DNA of 64,000 bases from positions 24,634 through 88,633 of the forward strand of contig DAHXNY010000003.1 in assembly GCA_027365175.1 (NCBI GenBank), given 5' to 3'. Below, piece after piece: positions 26,134-35,661 of this stretch. The notes below the pieces were generated by a model. That model saw only the letters and a list, made by a program, of their open reading frames with translations, was not told the DNA's origin and searched no databases. Origin of the DNA: Candidatus Micrarchaeota archaeon (lineage in GTDB: Archaea; Micrarchaeota; Micrarchaeia; Micrarchaeales; CABMGC01). Every line of letters starts with the position of its first letter. The first letter of the stretch is position 1. The position numbers were made by a program, and so were the translations under genes.

Positions 26134-27498
26134 ATGGTAATGGGCTCTCTCCCTGAAGAGATTGACGTCGCAGTCATCGGAGGAGGAGTAGGAGGATACG
26201 TAGCAGCCATAAGAGCTGCAGAGCTTGGAAAAAGCGTAACCATAGTAGAGAGGGATAAACTTGGAGGCCACTGCCTCAACTACGCATGCATACCGTCAAA
26301 GACACTCATACATATATCCGATCTGTTGTATTCTGCAACTCATTCAGAGAACATGGGGATATCCGGATCCCTGAATATAGATGCAAAGAAGATGCATGAC
26401 TGGAGGATAGGAGTCTCTCAGAAGCTCGAGAAAGGAGTTGAGAGCCTGTGTGATTCAAACGGCATAGAGAGGGTTAAGGGAGAGGCCACCTTCCTCAACT
26501 CAAGCACATTGCAGCTTACAAACGGAACCTCCCTCGATTTCAAGAAAGCCATAATAGCAACCGGATCCGTGCCTTCGGAACTTAAGGGATTCGGCTTCAA
26601 CGGCAGCAGCATTATCGACTACAAGCAGGCACTCTCCCTTGATTACATACCGAAGAGTATTGCGATAATAGGAGCAGGATATGTCTCCGTGGAGATAGCC
26701 GGCATGTTTGCAAAGCTGGGTTCACAGGTTCATGTGATAGCCCGCTCAGGAATATTGTCCAAGTTTGATCCTGATGCGACAGCATTGGTCGGTAGAAAGC
26801 TTGAGGCTCTTGGAGTGAAGATATATGCAGGAGCTGCTCCTGGACAGTATGATGGAAAAGGATTGAAGCTTTCTGACGGCACTTCGGTAGAAGCGGATAT
26901 TGTAGTGGTTGCCATAGGGCTTGCCCCATACACAAAAGGGCTAGGGCTTGAAAATACAAAGGTCAAGACGGATGATAGGGGCTTTGTTGTTGTTGACAGT
27001 TCATTGCAGACGACAGACAGCAATATACTTGCTGTAGGTGATGTCGTAGGGGAGCCTATGCTCGCACACAAGGCGATAAGGCAGGGGGTGGTGGCTGGAG
27101 AGAAGGCTTCGGGCCTTAACTCAGGCTTTGACAATATCGTCATACCTGCAGTCATATTCTCTGATCCTGAAGTTGCGCTGGCAGGAACTTTGAATGCGAA
27201 GAATGTGAAGAAGTTCCCTATGAGCGCTGTCGGAAGAGGGATTGCGCTTGACAGGAAGGAGGGCTTTGTGAAGATAGCATACGATGATGATAATATAGTA
27301 AAGGGAGTGGAGATAGTTGGCCAGGATGCGAACGCTATGATAGCCGAGGCAGCTCTCGCGATAGAGATGGGAGCCACTCTGGAAGACATTGCAGATACGA
27401 TACACCCGCACCCTACATTCTCTGAGGCGGTGCAGGAAGCTGCGGAAGCTGCCCTGGGCAGGCCTTTGCACTTCTATTATGGAAAGGGGACAAAATGA
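26134..27498 (+). CDS. lpdA: Dihydrolipoamide dehydrogenase E3
   Basis: GGHCLNYACIPSK, HPHPTFSE. Confidence 0.94.
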   Translation: MVMGSLPEEIDVAVIGGGVGGYVAAIRAAELGKSVTIVERDKLGGHCLNYACIPSKTLIHISDLLYSATHSENMGISGSLNIDAKKMHDWRIGVSQKLEKGVESLCDSNGIERVKGEATFLNSSTLQLTNGTSLDFKKAIIATGSVPSELKGFGFNGSSIIDYKQALSLDYIPKSIAIIGAGYVSVEIAGMFAKLGSQVHVIARSGILSKFDPDATALVGRKLEALGVKIYAGAAPGQYDGKGLKLSDGTSVEADIVVVAIGLAPYTKGLGLENTKVKTDDRGFVVVDSSLQTTDSNILAVGDVVGEPMLAHKAIRQGVVAGEKASGLNSGFDNIVIPAVIFSDPEVALAGTLNAKNVKKFPMSAVGRGIALDRKEGFVKIAYDDDNIVKGVEIVGQDANAMIAEAALAIEMGATLEDIADTIHPHPTFSEAVQEAAEAALGRPLHFYYGKGTK

Positions 27499-28274
27499 AG
27501 ATAACGATAATCTGCAAGAAGTATTACAAGGAGATACAGGAGCTGGAGAAGGCTTTTGAGATGACAAGGAGCGGGGACATATGCATAGCCATAGGAGGCG
27601 ACGGCACCTTCGTAAAGGCTGCCAGGGAATTTGACGGCCCGATACTTGCAATAAGAGGAAATGAGAGCAACAGCGCAGGATATTATTCGGATATAAGCAT
27701 AAAGGACATTTCGCTGGTTGTGAAGAAGCTGAAGAAGAGGCAGTACACGATAGAGAATCTCGGGAACAAGATAGAGCTGTCTTTCAAGGGCAAGAAGTAC
27801 TATGCTGTTAATGAGGTGCTGCTGCACAATTGGCGCGAAGAGGTATACTTCAGCGTTTACTACAAGGATGACCATAAGGAGAAGGCGATATACCCTTACG
27901 TAATGGCAGGGGACGGAATGCTGGTAACGAGTGAGGTAGGCTCTACCGCATACAACAGGTCAGCAGGAGGGCCGGTCATACTCTCGCCCAAGCTCCTCTG
28001 TGCCACCTTCCTGAATGTCGACGGGCCTTACACCAATTCGATAATAGTAAGCCCTGACAAGAAGATAGGTGCGCGGATAGAGAAATACAGGGGAGTGCTG
28101 CGCTATGACGGAATAGATGCAGGCAGCATAAAGAAGGGCGAGAGCTTTGAGGTGTCCTTATCTAAAAAGGAATTACGGGTAGTAAGACTTGATGGAGTAA
28201 GGGAGGATATAGCTGTGAAGCTTGCACGTATAATAAAGGGCAAGATGAGGAAGCCCGAAGGCATAGAGTACTGA
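27495..28274 (+). CDS. NAD kinase family protein
   Basis: GGDGT, VNE, GSTAYNRSAGGP. Confidence 0.85.
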   Translation: MKITIICKKYYKEIQELEKAFEMTRSGDICIAIGGDGTFVKAAREFDGPILAIRGNESNSAGYYSDISIKDISLVVKKLKKRQYTIENLGNKIELSFKGKKYYAVNEVLLHNWREEVYFSVYYKDDHKEKAIYPYVMAGDGMLVTSEVGSTAYNRSAGGPVILSPKLLCATFLNVDGPYTNSIIVSPDKKIGARIEKYRGVLRYDGIDAGSIKKGESFEVSLSKKELRVVRLDGVREDIAVKLARIIKGKMRKPEGIEY

Positions 28275-28280
28275 TACCTG

Positions 28281-29162
28281 TCACTGCTTTTTCTGGAAGA
28301 ACGCGTGCTCCAGCGCCCTGAAGGTCAGCTTTGCGGCAAGGAAGTTCGGCGCTATCATCCCAGGTATGGGCGCAAGCTCGCATACGTCCATGCCAAGAAG
28401 GTTCTTCTCTGCAAGAATGCCCTTTAGCACCATGTCTATCTGTGCAAAACGCATCCCGTTAGGTTCAGGAGTGCCGACGCTCGGCATCTCACCGCTGTCC
28501 AGCACATCCAAGTCTATGGTTATGTAGACATTTTGCTTTGTGCGCTTCTTTATTATCTGCGCAATCTCATTTGCAGGCAGGCTCTGCATGTCCCTCATGT
28601 AAAGTATGTCATCCGAGTACTTCTTTGCGCTCTCTATGTCAATGCTCCTGACTCCGGCGCTGTAGCAGCTTTCGCAGACATCCCTCGCGCGTGCCATTAT
28701 GCACGCGTGGGAGTACCTGCTGCCCATATACTCGTCTCTGTAATCGGAATGGGCATCGAAGTGGATTACGCTGAACTCCTTATTGCGCTTTGCAACAGCT
28801 CTTATGGAGCCTACTGCTATCGAATGTTCTCCGCCTATGAGAAGGGGCATCTTCTTCGCATCAAGTATGAGATCGGCCTCTCTTTCTATCCAGTTTATCG
28901 TCTCTTCGGGAGAGCCTACGCTCGGCTGCATCTCATCTGTCGTATATATGCCTATCTCAGTTATCTCCTTCTTGTATTCCTCATCGTAGAGCTCCAGGTT
29001 CCTGCTCGCATCTATTATGGCATGCGGACCGTCCCTTGCGCCTGATTTGTATGATGTAGTAGAATCATATGGCACCGGAAGTACTACGACCTTTGCGCTT
29101 CCGTAATCCTGGTCCTCTATCCCGAACAGGTTATACGGAGGAAGTTGATGCAGCAGTTTCAT
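28281..29162 (-). CDS. speB: Agmatinase
   Basis: GGEHS, FDAHSD, DLDVLD, GTPEP. Confidence 0.92.
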   Translation of the reverse strand: MKLLHQLPPYNLFGIEDQDYGSAKVVVLPVPYDSTTSYKSGARDGPHAIIDASRNLELYDEEYKKEITEIGIYTTDEMQPSVGSPEETINWIEREADLILDAKKMPLLIGGEHSIAVGSIRAVAKRNKEFSVIHFDAHSDYRDEYMGSRYSHACIMARARDVCESCYSAGVRSIDIESAKKYSDDILYMRDMQSLPANEIAQIIKKRTKQNVYITIDLDVLDSGEMPSVGTPEPNGMRFAQIDMVLKGILAEKNLLGMDVCELAPIPGMIAPNFLAAKLTFRALEHAFFQKKQ

Positions 29163-29179
29163 TTTATCACATTATTTTA

Positions 29180-29590
29180 TTATAACTCCTTTGTGCTTCT
29201 GTCTATCTGTTTATTCTCGTACTTGAAGAGAGCTTCCTTTATCGCTTTTAATGATAACGTGGCACAGTGCATTCTTACAGGCCCGGGATCGAGGTTTATT
29301 ATCTCTATGAGGCTCTTTTTGCCCATGGACTCTATCTCCTGCACGCTCTTGCCCTTCAGCTTTTCCATGAGTATGTTTGCTGAGCCCATCGAGATGACGC
29401 AGCCATCCCCATCATAGGAGACATCCTTGACTATGCCGTTTTCTATCTTAAGGAAGACGGTTATCCTGTCACCGCATGAGACATTCTCCTCGTGCATCTC
29501 TGCATTTGGTTTTTCCATCTTATGCTTATGTTCCTGTGTCTCATAGCTCGAGAGTAGTTCCTCGGCATACATGTCTAGATCCATATTCAC
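29180..29590 (-). CDS. IscU/SufU-type Fe-S scaffold protein
   Basis: NVSCGD, GCVIS, RMHCA. Confidence 0.9.
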   Translation of the reverse strand: MNMDLDMYAEELLSSYETQEHKHKMEKPNAEMHEENVSCGDRITVFLKIENGIVKDVSYDGDGCVISMGSANILMEKLKGKSVQEIESMGKKSLIEIINLDPGPVRMHCATLSLKAIKEALFKYENKQIDRSTKEL

Positions 29591-29645
29591 ACTTATAGAA
29601 TAAGCTGTATATAAATGTTAGACTTTAAGAATAATAAACGTTGGC

Positions 29646-30020
29646 ATGGAAGGCAAATTTGTGATAGTAGACACAAGCTCCATAATATTCGGGCTGTCCA
29701 AAAAGCATGATGTCTTCAGCGCGCTTGAAGACAGGTTTCCCAGGCATTCCCTGCTCATATCGCAGGGCATATTGAATGAGATAAAGGGCATTGCAAGCGG
29801 GAATGGAAGATACTCCAAGTATGCAAAGGTTGCGCTTGGAATTGTAAAAAAGAACGGGCATATAGAGATTACAGGCAGCAGAAAGTATCCTGATGACTGG
29901 ATGCTCGACAATGCCTCTGAAGGGGCAGTAATATGCACAAATGATTCCGCTCTTAAGGTGAAACTGAGGAAAGAAGGCGCCACAGTAGTCAGCATTTCCA
30001 TAAACGGAGTGCTGAGATGA
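29646..30020 (+). CDS. PIN-domain protein (Fcf1/Utp24-like)
   Basis: IVDTS, PDD, CTND; conserved position upstream of rpoE. Confidence 0.8.
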   Translation: MEGKFVIVDTSSIIFGLSKKHDVFSALEDRFPRHSLLISQGILNEIKGIASGNGRYSKYAKVALGIVKKNGHIEITGSRKYPDDWMLDNASEGAVICTNDSALKVKLRKEGATVVSISINGVLR

Positions 30021-30021
30021 C

Positions 30022-30152
30022 AGTTTAGCGCCTTTCAATGTGTTCTCATTGGGATCTCAGGTTTCCGTCCTTGGCTGCACATGCAGCCTGCCCAGAGTTT
30101 CCTTCTTCTACGCAGGCACCTTGGGGTTAGGCATAGGCGCAGGATTATACCC
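30022..30152 (-). ncRNA. Candidate structured non-coding RNA of unknown class (strand tentative)
   Basis: Closing stem GCGCCT/AGGCGC, several internal hairpins, TATA-like box about 25 nt upstream on the minus strand. Confidence 0.3.
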
Positions 30153-30253
30153 GTTTCGTCTACGGTTGCAATGGGTTTATATTTTTATTTGTTGCTATCT
30201 TTACAGTAATTTTTCTGCTTATCCGTGATTAAGACGATTAAACGAGTGATATA

Positions 30254-30850
30254 GTGTATTATATAGACACAATAAAGGATTCAGTGAGCGTATCACCAAT
30301 ATACTTCGGGGAGAATATAGACGAAGGAGTTGAGAAGATACTCAGGACCAAGTATGAGCGAACGCTTGACAAGGATCTGGGGATAATACTCGCTGTCTTC
30401 AATGTAAGGGACATAAGCGACGGCCGCATAATACCGGGAGATCCTTCTACACACCACGACGTCACATTTGATATACTGGCATTCAAGCTTGAGGTAGAGG
30501 AGGTAGTGGTTGGAGAGGTCTCTGAGCTTGCAGACTTTGGATGCTTTGTAAGGATAGGGCCTATAGATGGCCTTGTGCACATGTCGCAGATAACCAGCGA
30601 CTTCATAAGCTATGACAGGAAGGCAAGCGTCTTTGTTTCTAGGAACACAGGAAAGAGCCTGAAGAAGGGAGACGTGGTGTTCGGCAAGGTCTCATCAATA
30701 AGCCTGAAGAACAGCATAGGAGATGCGAAGATAGCGCTCACGATGCGCCCTGACGGACTTGGGAAGTATGAATGGATAAAGGAGCCTAAGAAAGAGCACA
30801 AGCCTATGGGAGGCAGGCCAAGAGGCGGCAGGAGGCCCCCTAGGAAGTGA
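30254..30850 (+). CDS. rpoE1: RNA polymerase subunit Rpo7 (E')
   Basis: FGCFVRIGPIDGLVHMSQI, IALTMRPDGLGK. Confidence 0.95.
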   Translation: MYYIDTIKDSVSVSPIYFGENIDEGVEKILRTKYERTLDKDLGIILAVFNVRDISDGRIIPGDPSTHHDVTFDILAFKLEVEEVVVGEVSELADFGCFVRIGPIDGLVHMSQITSDFISYDRKASVFVSRNTGKSLKKGDVVFGKVSSISLKNSIGDAKIALTMRPDGLGKYEWIKEPKKEHKPMGGRPRGGRRPPRK

Positions 30851-30865
30851 TTATAAGGGATATTT

Positions 30866-31054
30866 ATGGAACTAGCATGCAGAAAGTGCAATCTGATAAT
30901 ATCGCAGGGCAATACCTGCCCGGTATGCAATGCGGCAGAACTTACCTCGAAATGGAGCGGCTACATAGCTATGCTTAATGTAGAGAAATCGGATGTGGCT
31001 AAGAGGATGGAGATAAAGGTAAACGGCTCTTATGCCATAAGCATAAACGGCTGA
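30866..31054 (+). CDS. spt4: Transcription elongation factor Spt4
   Basis: ACRKC...CPVC...WSG...SDVAK. Confidence 0.93.
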   Translation: MELACRKCNLIISQGNTCPVCNAAELTSKWSGYIAMLNVEKSDVAKRMEIKVNGSYAISING

Positions 31055-31744
31055 TCATTCCTCCTTCTTTTCCTCCCTTGCGTATCTCTCTTCTACCGAT
31101 ATGTTCTTCACATCGTCCATGAACCTGAACATGGCGCTAACCATGGCCGACTTGTTTATGAAGTAGTCTGCATCCTTGTTTACCTTATCGCCGAATACTA
31201 CCTTTACTGCTGCCCTCTCGCCCTGTGCCTCATCAGGCTTCAGCGCGTACATCTCTGCTATCGCATCTATTTTCTCCTTCTCAGAATCCAGCTTCTTCAC
31301 TACAGTAATATCGTATACGAGCCTCTCTCCGGCAAGAGGATGGTTCGCATCGACTACCACTCTCGCTGAATTGACGCTCTTCACAGTTACTGCTGTGCCA
31401 TCTATGTTCACGCGCATGCCAGGAACAGGCTCTATGTCCCTCTCCCTGAAATCAGACAGCTTCATGACCCTGACCAGATCCTCGCTCCTCTCTCCGAATG
31501 CGTCCTTGGGTTCTATCTCCACAGTCTTCTGCTGGCTTATGGCCATACCCTTTACCGCATCCTCTACGCCCTTGATTGCGTTGTTCTTGCCTATCACTAT
31601 CAGCTGCGGGCTGTACCTGCCCTCTTCCTCGAATACGCCTTCTTCCTTTGCTCTCTTCTCCATCGTAGTATAGACTATGCTCTTGTCAGATGCCCTGCGT
31701 GCAGTATAGTCTATAGTTACAAAATCTCCGTTTGTAAACGGCAT
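31055..31744 (-). CDS. FKBP-type peptidyl-prolyl isomerase (SlyD-like)
   Basis: IEPKDAFGER, VDANHPLAG. Confidence 0.92.
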   Translation of the reverse strand: MPFTNGDFVTIDYTARRASDKSIVYTTMEKRAKEEGVFEEEGRYSPQLIVIGKNNAIKGVEDAVKGMAISQQKTVEIEPKDAFGERSEDLVRVMKLSDFRERDIEPVPGMRVNIDGTAVTVKSVNSARVVVDANHPLAGERLVYDITVVKKLDSEKEKIDAIAEMYALKPDEAQGERAAVKVVFGDKVNKDADYFINKSAMVSAMFRFMDDVKNISVEERYAREEKKEE

Positions 31745-31808
31745 AAAATCACACTACTATTATATGGCTCATATTTAAAAGGTATTGGCATAATATGCAA
31801 TAGATTAC

Positions 31809-32414
31809 ATGGACAGGAAAAAGATGATTGAATTCATAGGGGCGCTCTTTGTAGCGGCCATATTCTTGACATCGTATGCCGCCTTCTCCAGCAACAACAG
31901 CGCTGCGAATACGGCAAGCACCTCCAGCACGGTTGCCACCTACTATGCAGTGGGCAATACAAACGCAGCCATAACCGGATACAATAATACGCTTTTTGTG
32001 AACGTAAGCTGCAAGGGAGCTCTCCAGAACCAGACTTTTAATAAGATAAATGCGATAGCCACGCAGCTTGAGAATAACGGCTCTGTGCTTACTTACTCCT
32101 CTTCGGGGAGCGGCTTCCAGATAGGTCCGCAGAATATGAATTCAAAGAGCATATACGACTATATGTACACGAAGCTCGGCTCCAACAGCACAAACTGCAC
32201 GGTATTCAGCACGACTGCCACTGTGGAGCTTCCCGGCCTTATACAGATGAGTGTGCAGGGCCAGAGCATAGCTGTCAAGGTGCCTTACAGCGTTGCTGTA
32301 CAGCAGATCAGCCTGGAGCTGAACCAGTCTATGCCTTCTACGCTTCCGCTGAGGGTCGCTGTCCTCATAACTGCGAATGGAACCATGTACGGCAATCCTT
32401 CGATCAGCAGGTAG
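31809..32414 (+). CDS. Hypothetical membrane-anchored or secreted protein
   Basis: N-terminal hydrophobic segment, Ser/Thr/Asn-rich. Confidence 0.7.
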   Translation: MDRKKMIEFIGALFVAAIFLTSYAAFSSNNSAANTASTSSTVATYYAVGNTNAAITGYNNTLFVNVSCKGALQNQTFNKINAIATQLENNGSVLTYSSSGSGFQIGPQNMNSKSIYDYMYTKLGSNSTNCTVFSTTATVELPGLIQMSVQGQSIAVKVPYSVAVQQISLELNQSMPSTLPLRVAVLITANGTMYGNPSISR

Positions 32415-32418
32415 TAAG

Positions 32419-34128
32419 ATGGATGATTTATCACAGGCCATAAGGAAGTACGCTTTGAAGAATGCGGCAGAGCATGGAAGCGCCCGTGATTCGGCTGTTC
32501 TTGCCAAGGTCCTCTCCCTGGATCCTTCTTTGAAGAAGGATATGAAGGCGCTTGCGACGCAGGTAGCTTCGGTAGTAAAGGAGATAAACGCCATGGACAA
32601 AGGCGCACTGCAGAAAGCCTATTCCGAATATAAAGAGGAGTTTGAGAAGGAGCATTTGGAAAAGGCTGCAAAGAGCGCATCGCATAATTTTTATGTTGAA
32701 GGGGCCGTGGAAGGGAGCTTCAAGACAAGGTTTGCCCCGGAACCCAGCGGCTATATGCACATAGGACATGCGAAAGCTGTCTTCATAGAGACGGAGCTTG
32801 CGAGGATATACAGGGGCAGCGTCAGCCTTTATTTCGATGATACAAATCCTGCAAAGGAGAGGCAGGAGTTTGTAGATGCCTTGAAGAAGGATGCGAAGTG
32901 GCTTGGGCTCTCCTTTTCAGATGAGTATTACGCAAGCGACAATATCAGCTATGAATACAAATGTGCGGAGAAGCTGATAAAGAAAGGCCATGCATACGTC
33001 TGCTTCTGCAGTGCTGACACTATCGGAGAGAAGAGGAGCGGAGGCGAGGGATGCGGGCACAGGAACCAGACCGAGGACGCGAACCTAAGCTTCTGGAAGA
33101 ACATGATAAACGGAGAATACGGGGAGAACCAGGTATCGCTGAGGTTCAAGGGGGATATGAAGGCGCTTAACACAGTGATGAGGGATCCCGTATTGTTCAG
33201 GATAAAGAAGGATGTGCATTACAGGCAAGGAGACAAGTATGTCGCTTGGCCATCCTACGATTTCAATACTCCGGTAATAGATTCCATCAAGGGAATAACG
33301 CATGCCGCAAGGAGCAAGGAGTATGAGTTGAGGGATGAGCTTTACGATAAGCTATTGGACCTTCTTGAGATGAGGAAACCGAGGATAATAGAGTTCTCAA
33401 GGTTCGAGATAGCAAACAATATGACAAGCAAAAGGAATACCAACAAGCTCATAGAGGATGGGCTTGTCTCAGGATATGATGACCCCAGGCTCGTGACCAT
33501 CACAGCGTTGAGGAAGAGAGGGGTAAGGCCGGAAGCGATACGCGATTTTGTTCTTAGGTCAGGGATGGGCAAGTCAGAGAGCAGGTCAAGCATGGAGGAG
33601 CTGCTTGCGTTGAACAGAAGGGCAATAGACGAGAGTTCAAAGAGGCTCTTCTTTGTAAGGGAGCCTGTCAGGCTGGAGGTTGCAGGCATAGATAAGATCG
33701 AGGTTAAGCTTCCTCTTCACCCTAGCGCAGAGCTGGGCCACAGGGAGTACAGCTGCAGCGGCGTTTATTACATAGACAGGAACGATGCTGACGCTCTTGA
33801 AGTTGGCAGCATGGCGAGATTGAAGGGAGCCTTCAACATAAGAGTAATAGAGGCATCAGACAACCTGTTAAGGGCGGAATACAAAGGTACGGAGAAGATT
33901 GACGCGCTTATAATGCAATGGGTTTCCGAGGGCAATTTCGTGCAGGCAAACCTCACATTGATAGGGGAGCTGCTCAAGGATGACGAGTTCAATAGAAATA
34001 GCATGGTGAAGGTTAATGGATACGCGGAGAGCTATGCATCAGGGCTTAAGGACAATGACACGGTGCAGTTCGAGAGGATAGGCTTCTTCAAGTTCGACGC
34101 TAAAGATGGAACCTTCTTTTCCTTGTGA
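32419..34128 (+). CDS. gltX: Glutamate--tRNA ligase
   Basis: TRFAPEPSGYMHIGH, DDPRL, QFERIGF; start MDDLS. Confidence 0.95.
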   Translation: MDDLSQAIRKYALKNAAEHGSARDSAVLAKVLSLDPSLKKDMKALATQVASVVKEINAMDKGALQKAYSEYKEEFEKEHLEKAAKSASHNFYVEGAVEGSFKTRFAPEPSGYMHIGHAKAVFIETELARIYRGSVSLYFDDTNPAKERQEFVDALKKDAKWLGLSFSDEYYASDNISYEYKCAEKLIKKGHAYVCFCSADTIGEKRSGGEGCGHRNQTEDANLSFWKNMINGEYGENQVSLRFKGDMKALNTVMRDPVLFRIKKDVHYRQGDKYVAWPSYDFNTPVIDSIKGITHAARSKEYELRDELYDKLLDLLEMRKPRIIEFSRFEIANNMTSKRNTNKLIEDGLVSGYDDPRLVTITALRKRGVRPEAIRDFVLRSGMGKSESRSSMEELLALNRRAIDESSKRLFFVREPVRLEVAGIDKIEVKLPLHPSAELGHREYSCSGVYYIDRNDADALEVGSMARLKGAFNIRVIEASDNLLRAEYKGTEKIDALIMQWVSEGNFVQANLTLIGELLKDDEFNRNSMVKVNGYAESYASGLKDNDTVQFERIGFFKFDAKDGTFFSL

Positions 34129-34168
34129 TTAAGGAAAAGTTTTTAGTCTTGAATGCATAGGTAATAGC

Positions 34169-34828
34169 ATGGAGTTTGACAATATAATATGGCTAGGCCA
34201 TGCCTCTTTCGCCATAAGGGCAGGCAGCAAGCTGGTCTACATAGACCCTTTTAGACTAGGCTCTTTCAATGAGCGTGCGGATACGATACTTGTCACACAC
34301 CCGCATTTCGACCACTTCAGCATAGAGGATATAAAGAAGGTGGCGACGGATGAGACTGAGATATTTTTACCTAATGATTCCGTGCACGAGGTGAAAGTTG
34401 GCAAGGTTTCAGGTGTTGAACCTTTAAAGAGCTACTCTTCAAACGGGATAAAGTTCACGACCCTTCCCGCTTACAATAACCAGAGTGAGCGCCTGCAGTT
34501 CCATCCGAGGTCAAACGGGTGGGTGAGCTACATAATCGAGGCTGATGGAATTAAGATATTCCATCCTGGCGATACCGACCATGTAAAGGAGATGGACGGC
34601 ATTGATGTCGATGTCGCACTGCTGCCCATAGGAGGCACGTACACGATGGATGTTGACCAGGCAGTAGAAGCCGCGAAGAGGATAAGGGCAAAAGCGTTCG
34701 TACCTATGCACTATAAAGCAGTTCTTGGTAAGGAAAAGGCATCTGAAGCTGAACAGAAATTCCTTAAGAACGTGAAGGACAGCATGCTGCTGAAAGAAGC
34801 TACTGAGCCTTACTACTCCTTCGGCTGA
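34169..34828 (+). CDS. MBL-fold metallo-hydrolase
   Basis: WLGHASF, THPHFDH, GDT, PMHY. Confidence 0.9.
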   Translation: MEFDNIIWLGHASFAIRAGSKLVYIDPFRLGSFNERADTILVTHPHFDHFSIEDIKKVATDETEIFLPNDSVHEVKVGKVSGVEPLKSYSSNGIKFTTLPAYNNQSERLQFHPRSNGWVSYIIEADGIKIFHPGDTDHVKEMDGIDVDVALLPIGGTYTMDVDQAVEAAKRIRAKAFVPMHYKAVLGKEKASEAEQKFLKNVKDSMLLKEATEPYYSFG

Positions 34829-35597
34829 GAAGCAGAAGTATCTCCCTTGCAGTCGATAATATCTCTTCAGGCTTCATTGCGAATAGCCTTGCTTCATTGT
34901 TCCCGAGCTTTTCAGACATGTTTGAGGATTCCTCTTTGGTGATCCCTAATGAATGCCTTGAATCTATGAATGCATTGCGCAATCTCTTCTTCTTGTGCTG
35001 CATAAGCAGATTTATGATGTGTGATTCTTCCTCTGTTATCTCGGTCTTTAATGGTTTTACGTATATTACCGCAGAGTCTACTCGCGGTATAGGGCTGAAG
35101 TTTCCCTTCTTTACATCCAGGATCTTGGTCACGCGGACGCATAGGTGCGACATTACGCTAAGCCTTGAGTAATCCTTTGTACCGGGCTGTGCAAGCATAT
35201 GCCCTACAAACTCTTTCTGCAGGCATAGAATCGCCTGCAGCCTGTTTTCTATAAGGAACTCTATCACCTTGCTGGACAGGTTGTAAGGGACATTTGCAAT
35301 CATTATCTCTATCTTGTATCTTTCCAGCATGTCGTTGCCTAGCTTGAAGAAATCAGCATTGATAAGCTTAAGGTTCTTGTCTCTCATCGTTGCGTTTAGT
35401 ATTTTGCATAGGGTTTCGTCCTTTTCCACCGCCAGTACGAACTTTGCCTTCTCGCATAGCTTCTTTGTCAGTATTCCCCTGCCGGGCCCCAGCTCTATTA
35501 CATTCTTCCCTTCGGCATGAACTGCCTCTATCTCAGCTATGTGTTCATTAACAAGGAAGACCTGTCCCAGTTTCTTTTTTGGCCTTGGGTTAAGCAT
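34800..35597 (-). CDS. rsmA: 16S rRNA dimethyladenosine transferase
   Basis: KKLGQVFL, ELGPGRG, ANVPYNLS, PRVDSAV. Confidence 0.93.
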   Translation of the reverse strand: MLNPRPKKKLGQVFLVNEHIAEIEAVHAEGKNVIELGPGRGILTKKLCEKAKFVLAVEKDETLCKILNATMRDKNLKLINADFFKLGNDMLERYKIEIMIANVPYNLSSKVIEFLIENRLQAILCLQKEFVGHMLAQPGTKDYSRLSVMSHLCVRVTKILDVKKGNFSPIPRVDSAVIYVKPLKTEITEEESHIINLLMQHKKKRLRNAFIDSRHSLGITKEESSNMSEKLGNNEARLFAMKPEEILSTAREILLLLSRRSSKAQ

Positions 35598-35661
35598 GAG
35601 AAAACCGATTAAAGCAGTAATATAAACTGTTATTATTAATTAATAAGTGTGCGGTAGTCTT

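Noticed and set aside
30060-30115. RNase P RNA, TPP riboswitch or hammerhead identity for the structured region
   Set aside because: Only isolated short motifs match; the P4 partner/CR-V, the TPP motif order and the CUGANGA core are missing
30040-30228. 62-aa ORF between the PIN gene and rpoE
   Set aside because: No RBS, atypical composition and no family resemblance; the RNA-structure reading is preferred
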